Shown here: positions 56,601-64,000 of the stretch, piece after piece
Position numbering within the stretch: the first letter of the stretch is position 1
Layout of the letters: every line of letters starts with the position of its first letter
NCBI GenBank assembly: GCA_963788655.1
Contig: CAWBHS010000058.1
Span: 58,645-122,644 of the forward strand
Source: an uncultured Verrucomicrobiae bacterium
GTDB lineage: Bacteria > Verrucomicrobiota > Verrucomicrobiia > Limisphaerales > JAFGQR01
Length of the DNA stretch: 64,000 nt
Direction of reading: 5' to 3'
Position numbers and translations under genes: made by a program
The notes under the pieces: generated by a model
The model's input: only the letters and a program-made list of their open reading frames with translations
What the model was told of the DNA's origin: nothing
Databases searched by the model: none

Positions 56601-56852
56601 CTCAGCGGTGTTATTGTCCGACTTGCCAATTTGCCAGAGCGATTTCAACTCGGCCGCCGCTCCTGCGGAAACGGCGGCGCCGGCCAGCAATCCAAGCAGC
56701 GCCACGCCAAACAGCCAGCCCGAGCGGGATACACCAGCGATCATTCCGCGCGCCGGCCCGGCCCGGTGGGTTGAGTTGGAAGCAGGTTTGCCGCTCGGTG
56801 TCCCCGAGCGAACATCTGAAAGCACAACGTTGGGAAAGTTCATTGTGGTCAT
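53637..56852 (-). CDS. GH92 alpha-mannosidase with N-terminal CBM-like (PL4 domain III-like) module
   Basis: PFGMVKLSPD, ITGFSHIH, PGYYAVTL, ELTATTRAG, EGNAWQYTWFVPHD, HGNQP, GDEDQGQMGAWY, YIQSATLNG. Confidence 0.92.
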   Translation of the reverse strand: MTTMNFPNVVLSDVRSGTPSGKPASNSTHRAGPARGMIAGVSRSGWLFGVALLGLLAGAAVSAGAAAELKSLWQIGKSDNNTAEFALGPSGFRQFNRDGLFIVGQSDPKQDWPYCHPGPADTWAGGRVHTFAIFFGLQNQPSAACKLSVDLANTHYVRPPLLRIDVNGHTFDHQCPPGGSDASITGNPKAGKEHRFSLEVPATALKAGLNEIKIINTGLSWILYDWLGFEAPASAKLAPAEGALVQSVKLDPWLSRQNGRLSQELEVKFIALGKSQPLALFATGVPRAALTPSSGENTMTLRLAPVTQPTPIRVELKQGDQLLDHRELVQQPAREREAVDYVDCLLGTGSSRWMLYPGPCLPFGMVKLSPDNQKQGWLAGYEYTIENITGFSHIHSWTMGGLLTMPTTGELKIVPGTEQDPDAGYRSRFRHDTEIAVPGYYAVTLNDYQIRAELTATTRAGFQRYTFPKAGRARILVDLKNETEYGYDVLQAMITKVSDTEIEGYSKQRGQRNAEWNEYTVHFVARVDKPFQSMGGWVGTNLLQNAKEIAGQGDVGCFLNYATDDGEVIQLKTGISLVSIEQARLNLDTETAPFGWDFDACRAKARKTWSDLIGAIEVEGGTETDKVKFFSNLYRVYCARTIWSDVNGQYMDMCEKVQQLPDPDSPVYGCDAFWNTFWNLNQLWVLAHPDIANQWVRSLLEIYDKGGWLPKGPTGIEYSSIMVASHEIALIVAAYQAGIRNFDVAKAYEAIRKIQTTPGQPHPCGGHVGNSQLAPYMKLGYVPVEAGPVSNTMEYSYDDWCAAQLAKALGKQEDYEYFLKRSQNYKNVFDPAVGYVRQKHQDGKWVDKFSPFSGPGYVEGNAWQYTWFVPHDLAGLIQLIGSREKFNERLNDGFEKARPIFTSRYVDHGNQPNMEAAYLFNYSGAPWLSQKWAREIMDHYYGTGPIDGYPGDEDQGQMGAWYVMSAMGLFQMDGGCAVRPIYELGSPLFDRIVIHLDPKYYQGGQFVIEARHNSKTNVYIQSATLNGQPLNRPWFPQAEVLRGGTLVLEMGPAPNKAWGSAPDAAPPSIPR

Positions 56853-56947
56853 GGGCCCAGGATGCGCCGAACGGTGCCACGAACAAGCCTATTTCGTATC
56901 CAAATCAAAATGAACGTAGATCCCAACCGCTTAGCCGTGGCTATTCA

Positions 56948-57079
56948 GTAGGACAGGCGTCCCGCCTGTGTCGAACGATAGCAGACTATCGACTTGCATC
57001 GCGCTGTCGGGATTGTTTCAAGGTCACCAAAAAGTGAGGATGCCTGAGCTATTCGAGACAGGCGAGACGCCTGTCCTAC
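56948..57079. repeat. REPIN/MITE-like element family A, copy 2
   Basis: Same 28-bp arms as 610-743 (right arm identical) and similar spacer (CAAxGTCA..CAA.AGTGAGGA). Confidence 0.85.
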
Positions 57080-57119
57080 GTTGCTGAATCGTATTGTGGT
57101 TGGTCCAGCTACTGAATCG

Positions 57120-57965
57120 TTACGGCTTGGGCCTGCTTCTTCCCGAAGCAAGAGGCATTCGCTTCCGCAGGCGATACATCTGCTGTGAACCGGTGGTTTC
57201 CAATTGGACGGTGAACAAATCGCCACTGATCACCACGCTGTTGGTCACCGGATTCCAGAGGGTGGCCGGCAGGTTCGCCGTCGATTCAAGTGTGTAGCCG
57301 ACCGCGTTCGTGGGCCAAGCGATCTCCATCCACCCGCTACCTACTGGCGAAACGGCCATGACGGGCGGCGGGAGGCTGGCGTCCACCACGGTGAGCGCCA
57401 GCAGGGCAAAGTCCACATACAAGGTGATCTGGTAGGTGTCGAACCCGGTCAGCGTGGGAGTGGGGTAAGTAAACTGCTGGCCGTAGTATCCCGTGGCATC
57501 AACCATGAGCGGATCCGGAAAACCGTCCTCACCATTGAGCAGCGGCATGATCTCGAAGGCCGCCCCGGCTCCTCCGGTATTGGCCAGGAGCTTGGCCGTG
57601 AACGACGCGAACGCAAACGGTTGGCCGTCCTGCCGTTTGATGACGAGCTTCGCCCCACTGAGGGCCGGGCCGGTGGTCACTGCCTGGGCTTCCAGTCCGT
57701 CCGGCCATGGCACCCGAATCGACCGGCCAATCGGATTGGTCAACCCAACCCCGCCGGTGAAGAGTTTGTCCCGAGTGAGGGTAAACAAATAGCCTTCGCT
57801 GCTGATGGTGTCCGACGTGGTTCCGGCGGCCACCAGGTTGGTCGTTTGCGAACTGTCGAAAAAGATGGTGGTAACAGCTTTAGCTGCGTCCGAACCGAAC
57901 AGGATTCCGAGGACCACCGCGATTATGATTGAGGACAATTTACAGGATTGATTGGCGGGTTGCAT
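57120..57965 (-). CDS. Secreted hypothetical protein with C-terminal ...MYRL domain
   Basis: Signal peptide, beta-rich domain, then MEIAWPTNAVGYTLESTANL..LWNPV...QQMYRLRK. Confidence 0.75.
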   Translation of the reverse strand: MQPANQSCKLSSIIIAVVLGILFGSDAAKAVTTIFFDSSQTTNLVAAGTTSDTISSEGYLFTLTRDKLFTGGVGLTNPIGRSIRVPWPDGLEAQAVTTGPALSGAKLVIKRQDGQPFAFASFTAKLLANTGGAGAAFEIMPLLNGEDGFPDPLMVDATGYYGQQFTYPTPTLTGFDTYQITLYVDFALLALTVVDASLPPPVMAVSPVGSGWMEIAWPTNAVGYTLESTANLPATLWNPVTNSVVISGDLFTVQLETTGSQQMYRLRKRMPLASGRSRPKP

Positions 57966-58075
57966 GTGTATGGCGGAAGCTTGTCATCACCAAGTCGGCA
58001 CGTCAATCACCGTGAAGCGGTGAAGCCGTTCCGAGTCTCGCCGTACGAACGCAGCCACTCCAACTGTATCGTTCC

Positions 58076-58170
58076 GGCTTGGTCCTTGGACATTCTCTGG
58101 TCGTTGGCCCTTGAGCATCGGTCATTCTGCGAACGTTCCCAATCAGCCGGCATCGTGCCGGCAGCACGTT
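58076..58170. repeat. Family C element half-copy, homologous to 13650-13749
   Basis: TTGGTCCTTGGACATTCTCTGGTCGTTGG...GTCATTC...AACGTTC...GCCGGCAGCACGTT aligns with TTGGACATTGGACCTTCTCTGGTCATTGG...ATCATTC...AACGTTC...CGCACGTT. Confidence 0.65.
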
Positions 58171-58171
58171 C

Positions 58172-60678
58172 TTATTCGAAACCCCGCACGCCATAATCCC
58201 GTCCCCACGGATTGACCTCTGGCTCACCCGCTTCGTCGATCAAGTCGCCCATGCGATTGCGCCACTCATACACCGTCGCTGGGTCGTTGGAATAGTTGGT
58301 CATCGTTTTTACCAATGTTTCCGGAACGGGCAGCGCCGCCTTGGCTCGGGCGAGCCATTGTCGCTCGTCAGTGTTCAAGGACGATTCTTTCGCTTCGCGC
58401 TGGCGGATCAAGTTTTCCAGAATCACCGCGTACGCATAGTCTTCCAGGCCGTCGCGAAAATTCTCCAGCCGGATGGTCGGCACCGGCGTGCCGTCTGGCC
58501 CGACACACGTCCACGAACCGTCCCCATGATACGTCGTCCAACTCCGCGGGTTCCAGTCGGTGAACGGGCCGGATTCGATGGGCTTCCGCGAGTTCCAGAT
58601 GCTGATCTGGTAATAGAGAAATCCGTCGGGCCGTTGCTTGGCCGTCATGGCCCCCATCAAAAGGCGACCCTCGATGGCCGGATACTCGATGAACATATTG
58701 GCGTAGGGATGGTGTGGGCCGCAGCAGATGTACCACCAAACCTGCTTGCCGGCGGCGCGGGCTTTGGCGGCCTGCTCGGGTTTGAAACTGGGCGTAAGCG
58801 GACACCAGGCATCAATGGTCTTGACCACGGTGTCTTGCCCATAACTGTGGTCGTAACTGGTGGTCATCAACAGGGCGTCTGGAAACGCGCGCCGCAAAGT
58901 CTGGGCCGTCCGTTCCAGTAGCGGGAACTGCTCCGGCTTGCACTCGTCGAAACCATAAATGTATGCGTGGTTCAGCACGCCGAGCTTTCCCGGCTTCAGT
59001 GTAGGCCACGCGCAGTCCAGCCAGCGTATTGCTGGCGGCTGCAGGATCGCGCGACACCGCATCAAAAATGCCCAGGTTGAACGCGACCAACTGCCCGCGA
59101 TCGCGCAGATGTTTGATCACCTCGAAATCCGGCGGACCGTGACGGTACAGGCTGTCGTAGTTGAAGTAGTAATCCGCCAGGAAATCTGCCCATTGCAGCT
59201 TGTGCCTCTTCCAGGCATTGACGGGATAATCCGCCGAATTGCGCCACTCAGTTTGGGCTTTCCGTGATTCGTCGGTGGGATAGTCCTCCGGACTGAACGT
59301 TACCGCCAGCGGCAGTGGACTATGATCCGGCACGGCGAAGGTATGGACGCGCACGCTGAGATTCAGCGTCACCGGCGGTGCTTCTTCCGCGGCGATCGTG
59401 ACCGTGCCGCGATACAGGCCGGGAGCTTGGTCCTTCGGCGCGCGGACGCGAATCCAAAACGTCTGCAAGTCGCCCACGGCGATGTCCACCGGCCCGAGGA
59501 AATTCAGAATCGGGTCCGGCCACCAGCCGACGTGGGACACGGTGTAGGGTGGCGCCGCTTCCGTTTGGACATAACCCACCATGTCGCATTTCACGTGGTC
59601 GTGCTGGAACACTGCTCCGTTTGCCGCCTGCAAATCGCTCACGCTCACCGTCACGTGGCGCAGGGCGTTCGCCACCGGCAGCACGGCGATTTGAAAGCTT
59701 TCTTTTTCGTTGCGAGCCAGGGCTAGCTTGATCTGGCGGGCTGGCTGGACGGTCACCGGCACGGCGCGCGGCAGGATTTTTTCCATCGAAGTGGCTACCC
59801 CCACCAACATATTGCTGGCTGGCAGTCCCGCATCGTAACAAGCCTTTTGGAAAGCAATGATCGACACGGTCCGATCAACCTCGTCCGGCAAAACAGCCAG
59901 CTCTTGGTGGATCCCATTCGAGTTGCGCCAACGTCAGCGGGCGCGCGGACAGTTTCGTGTGAAAAGCCTTCAGCCGGGCGACGATTGGTGCAAGTTGGTT
60001 TACTGCACTTTCTCGGAGGTCCCCCGGCAAGCCGAAAGCCTGCGCCGATTGCACGGTGGCGGCAATTTGTTGTTCGCGATCGCTCAGGGAGGCGGTGGTT
60101 AACTTCGCCAGTTGTTGCGCGAATTCCGAGCCCGGTTCCGGAAGCGATTTGCCCGGCCGCAACAGCACCAGATTGTCAAGGAACAGGCTTAGGTCGGTTT
60201 TGGGTCGCTCGGTGAAGAGGTGAATGATCGCGATGTCGGCTCGGTTCACCGTCTTGGGAAAAGCCGAGAACGGGATCTCGAATCGCCGGAAGCCGCGCGA
60301 CGGCACGGCGAACCGATACGATAAACCCTGGCGAAACGGGACTTTGCTGTCGGACACGAACAGCGAAAGGAAATAAGGCTCGGCGTTGGGGTTGGTGAGA
60401 TCGACCACCAGCCGGTCGTAATCGGACCAATCGGTGATTGGCGGCTTGGTTTCAAAGGACGGCCATTCCGGCATGCCCTGCTTCCACGTCGGCGTCGTGA
60501 AACGTAGCGCAGACTTGCCGGTGGTGGCGAATTGAGGCGCAAGCGCCAACTGACTTTGGCTTTGGGAAGCCCATTTCCAAGCGGTCAAATCCGCCGGCTT
60601 TTCAAAGTCAAACAAAACCGTGGCGCCATAAACCGAACCGGCCAACCCAGCACAAAGTGATATCAAAATCGTTCTCAT
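58172..60678 (-). CDS. DUF4091/GH123-like glycoside hydrolase with N-terminal CBM-like domain (frameshifts ~59890 and ~58990)
   Basis: MRTILISLCAG signal; DWSDYDRL CBM-like domain; LARNEKESFQI...WWPDPIL...FWIRV; IYGFDE, WWYIC, GFLYY, GDGSW, TIRLENFRDGLEDY. Confidence 0.75.
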
Positions 60679-60782
60679 GTTTGGATGGCGATCATACTCC
60701 ACTGCCCGGACCAATCGCAATCTCACAAGACAGCCATCGCATCTGTCGCAGTGCATCCCCAAGTTGGCGGCGCTAGCGGAAG

Positions 60783-60852
60783 CCCAGTGAGAGGGCACCG
60801 GGCCTACCGGCAAACGCCGTTCTCCTTGTAGGCCGCGTGCCCCCACGCGGCG
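60783..60852. repeat. REP-like pair, family E (GTAGGCCGCGTGCCC)
   Basis: GTAGGCCGCGTGCCCCCACGCGGCG (60828-60852) plus degenerate inverted GAGGGCACCGGGCCTAC ending at 60807. Confidence 0.5.
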
Positions 60853-61207
60853 GATGAGGCCGAGCCACCGTCAACTTGGGGATGCATCGTTCTTCAACCA
60901 GATCATCATTTTTTGATGCAAAAGCTGGCCGGAAGGGGCAATCTGCCTGCGAGTTTACGACATGTCTGAGGCAAAGAAACCTTTACCGCTTCGTCTTCCG
61001 GTTTCCCTCCGGAGGCATTTCGATGTGCCTGCGGACGGAGAAGCCGCAGACCCGGTCACAAACGACCGGAGTTGCCATCATTGTCGGCAAAATGCCTACG
61101 GCGCGCGGAGGCACTTTAAGGGCACTTTGGGCAAATGGACAATAACGACGAGAATTCTTCAAAACAGTCCGAAGCGAGCGATTCCGGCTCATTCTCTCAC
61201 TCCACCA

Positions 61208-61742
61208 GTGATGGCGGAGAAGAATCCGACGGTCATCGGCTACGGCCACATCAAAGAGCGGCGCTTGAAGCAGATTCGGGTGGCGAGTTGTGGCGGGCGG
61301 TTCGTGGGCGAGTTCGTGCCCTTCTACTTCTGCCCGCGTTCGCCGATGCTTTACACGACCAACAAGGGCGCGACGGGCCGGCCCGTCGGTTGCCAGCGGA
61401 CGATTCGTGCATCTGGTCAGCCGGGTGAGCGTGGGCATCGGTTTGGGCCGAGCGTGGGCGGTGAGCGACGGGAACGCGGGGGCGTTTCACACTTGGTTCG
61501 GCTCGACGCTGGATGCCATCAAGACGCTGACAGGATGGACTGGGCGGCGATTCGGGCGACGGATTGGCGGGGCAAGACGCATCAGAAATCGGCGGAGTTT
61601 CTGGTGGCGGATTTCTTTCCGTGGACGGGCATTCACGCCATCGGTTGCCACAACAGCGGATGTGGCCAAGCAGGTGCAGGATTTGGTAAACTCTCAACAC
61701 CATCGTCCGGCGGTGACCGTCGAGCCGGCGTGGTATTATTGA
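61208..61742 (+). pseudogene. darT: DarT DNA ADP-ribosyltransferase toxin (DUF4433), 5'-truncated and frameshifted
   Basis: IGYGHIKERRL, FVPFYFCPRSPMLY, SDGNAGA, catalytic KSAEFLV, terminal VEPAWYY; the expected N-terminal HITH-x-NL segment was not found upstream. Confidence 0.8.
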
Positions 61743-61745
61743 ACT

Positions 61746-62814
61746 ATGATCGAACTGACCAAGGGCAATTTGCTGGACCGCGCCGGCGGAGGCGCTGGTG
61801 AACACCGTGAACACGGTGGGCATCATGGGGCGCGGCATCGCGCTGCAATTCAAGCAGGCATATCCGGCGATGGTCCGCGACTACGAGCGGGCGTGCAAGG
61901 CGGGTGAGCTGAAACTCGGCAAAGTGCAGGTGTTTGACCTGGGCGGGTTGGTGGGCGGCCCGCGCTGGATTATCAATTTCCCGACCAAGGGGCACTGGCG
62001 GGCGGATAGCCGCATGGAGGACATCGAGGCGGGGTTGAAGGACTTGGTGGCGACGATTCGGAAGCTGCGCATCCGTTCGATTGCAATTCCTCCTTTGGGG
62101 TGCGGCAATGGCGGATTGGATTGGAATGAAGTCCGTCCCCGGATTGAGGCGGCGATGGCGGAAATGCCGGAAGTGGAGGCGCTGGTGTTACGCGCCCGGT
62201 GGAGCGCCGGCGGCGGCGGAAATGCCGATTCGGACCGAGCGTCCGAAGATGACGATGGGCCAGGCGGCGATGATTGCGCTGATGGACCGCTATCTAAAAG
62301 GGTTGCTCGACCCGTTCATCAGCCTGCTGGAGATTCACAAGCTGATGTATTTCTTGCAGGAGGCGGGGCAGCCGTTGCGCCTGAAATATGAGGCGAAAGA
62401 GTTTCGGTCCGTATGCCACGAATCTGCGGCAGGTGCTCATCCGCATGGAGAAGCATTACACGCAAGGCTATGGCGACGGGAAGGACAAGCCGACCCAGCC
62501 GATTGAAGTCTTGCCCGGGGCGGAGAGGGAGGCGGAGAAATTCTTGGCCAGGGATGAGACGTATTCGGACGCGGATGAACAGGGTCGCGGAGTTGATTGA
62601 GGGATTTGAAGACCCCTACGGGCTGGAACTTCTCAGTTCGGTGCATTGGGTGATGCAGAAGCATCCCGAAGCGAGCGAGAATCCCGAAACGGCGGTGGCG
62701 GCGGTTCACAAATGGAACGCGCGCAAGCGGCGCACTTTGAAGAAGGAACACATCCTCGCGGCCTGGCAGCGGCTCAGGGGACAGGACTGGAGCAAGCCCC
62801 TCGCGACCGCGTAA
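61746..62814 (+). CDS. darG: DarG macrodomain antitoxin (several frameshifts)
   Basis: MIELTKGNLL..EALVNTVNTVGIMGRGIALQFK, IINFPTKGHW, SIAIPPLGCGNGGLDW; C-terminal LEIHKLMYFLQ, GPYA, GFEDPYGLELLSSVHW. Confidence 0.88.
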
Positions 62815-62836
62815 GCCACGGGGCGACATTTCTTCA

Positions 62837-62910
62837 ATGAGCGCCCACGCCTACACCGAAGACCAGCTTGTGGAGCAGCCCGCCATCGGGTTGTTCGCAG
62901 AGCTTGGTTG
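62837..62910 (+). pseudogene. hsdR: 5' stub of type I restriction enzyme R subunit
   Basis: MSAHAYTEDQLVEQPAIGLFAELG matches the typical HsdR N-terminus; similarity ends abruptly as AT-richer DNA begins. Confidence 0.65.
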
Positions 62911-62961
62911 TAGAGAAACCATTTTCGGACAGAACAACCAAAACCAAAAAAAGGAAATCAA

Positions 62962-63789
62962 ATGAAAATAAAACGCACCGCTGATTGCCATCCTGCTGCT
63001 GCCCTAAGTGGCAGTGGAGTCTCTTGCATAGTCATGATCACGATATTCGTGATTGTGTCCCTACTCACATCCGGTTGCCAAACTACCAATAGACAACCTC
63101 CAGGCCCAAGTCCGATTGAGCAAGCATACCTGGAACGGCTTGCAAATTGGCTTAACGACACCTTGCCACCGGAAGCAAGGTATTCGGCCAAGCTTTTCCT
63201 ATCGGAAGACATCATCAACCAAGTTCTGGTCGGGCTTCGAGATGCGGAAATTCCCCTCAGCACAAAGAAGCGCACACGCTTTAAGATCAGCTCGGTGCAA
63301 ACAGAATTCCGGGATGGTTTCCCCATGGTGAAAATCACCGGAAAAGTATTCTCACGCGATAGCAATTGGAGTGCCGAGGCTGACACATATGCTGCTCTGG
63401 AAGCTATTGACGAGGAACAAAAGAAGACGCCGGACCAGCTTGAGTTCAAGTTGCATTTCTACCACTTGGATGAAGCAACAGTCAGATATTCTTCCATCAG
63501 CTTACCGCTGAAGGGCATTATCCGAGAAATTGCCGAGAAAAAATTAATCGAGTCGACCGATGGCATCAAGCCGTTCAGCCTACCAGCGGTGAAAGAATGG
63601 TCATTCAAGATTCCAAATGCGCCAAAGGCTCTAAAGATAAACGCCCCCGGTGGGGGATCAATCTCCCTTAGCTTTGACCAAAAAGTCGTCGATGTGCGTT
63701 CCAAGTTGAGTGTCGATCGGGTTGTCTTTTTACGTGATGGGATTCACCTTTTGGGAAACCTAATCCTTCAACTGGGAGCAAGTCTGTAA
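62962..63789 (+). CDS. Hypothetical lipoprotein (AT-richer segment)
   Basis: Lipobox LLTSGC; 275-aa ORF with AAGGA RBS; A/T-rich codon usage. Confidence 0.65.
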   Translation: MKIKRTADCHPAAALSGSGVSCIVMITIFVIVSLLTSGCQTTNRQPPGPSPIEQAYLERLANWLNDTLPPEARYSAKLFLSEDIINQVLVGLRDAEIPLSTKKRTRFKISSVQTEFRDGFPMVKITGKVFSRDSNWSAEADTYAALEAIDEEQKKTPDQLEFKLHFYHLDEATVRYSSISLPLKGIIREIAEKKLIESTDGIKPFSLPAVKEWSFKIPNAPKALKINAPGGGSISLSFDQKVVDVRSKLSVDRVVFLRDGIHLLGNLILQLGASL

Positions 63790-63822
63790 CAGTCAAACCG
63801 GCCGGACCGACCAAAGTGGATT

Positions 63823-64000
63823 ATGCCAAACTTCTTCCAAATCAAAAGGCAGAGCGGATGCTGTGCACAAACGATACATTTAAGATTAATGTATCAAAGG
63901 ACGTAATTCGTGAATGTGTTGAATTGCTGAACGATACGGACAAAGCGTTCAGGCAAGTGAAATTTCGCTCAACAGCGCAGAAGCAGCCGCTGTTCGTCTA
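63823..64000 (+). CDS. Partial hypothetical protein, probably frameshifted, running off right edge
   Basis: ATG at 63823; open frame ...SKDVIRECVELLNDTDKAFRQVKFRSTAQKQPLFV reaches the window end. Confidence 0.3.

Noticed and set aside
60962..61207. N-terminal fusion domain on DarT
   Set aside because: Open frame has no DarT N-terminal motif or other recognisable domain; likely fortuitous read-through across the truncation junction.
3600..62600. Many frameshifts (~3620, 24700, 35520/35645, 43260, 45000, 45357, 58990, 59890, several in darTG) as programmed frameshifting or phase variation
   Set aside because: They are scattered single-base indels, hit housekeeping genes such as tal, and lack slippery or long homopolymer motifs; sequencing error is the simpler explanation.
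63782..63826. Integron attC site after the lipoprotein gene (also considered at 53465)
   Set aside because: No proper RYYYAAC/GTTRRRY pair or L-box symmetry, and no integrase seen.

Overview
GC-rich bacterial window whose gene content and protein style suggest Verrucomicrobiota (Pedosphaera-like; inference). Single-base indels split many otherwise intact genes, most likely long-read consensus errors. The left half is dominated by two divergently oriented giant secreted proteins: a ~2,800-aa protein ending in a purple-acid-phosphatase domain (1029-9546, -) and a ~4,200-aa protein with CotH-kinase and lamin-tail domains (17698-30355, +). They share a collinear ~800-aa 'stalk' cassette, an unnamed 'AYNDH' domain and a C-terminal ...FYRI domain. 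Between them lie a CHASE/coiled-coil/His-less HPt membrane protein carrying a QLSLF motif, a secreted caspase-like (clan CD) protease and a ThuA-like protein. The middle holds a rhomboid protease, wrbA, a ygbA-like gene, a GH2 gene whose C-terminal region is displaced by an AT-richer island (TPR-WD40 lipoprotein), a C25-like/Ig protein, a CBM48 protein, transaldolase and a caa3 oxidase + Rieske/cytochrome b operon. The right end has GH92, DUF4091/GH123-like, a decayed darT-darG-hsdR defence remnant and a second AT-richer segment. Several families of REP/REPIN-like palindromic elements occupy intergenic spaces. No rRNA, tRNA, CRISPR array or transposase was recognised.
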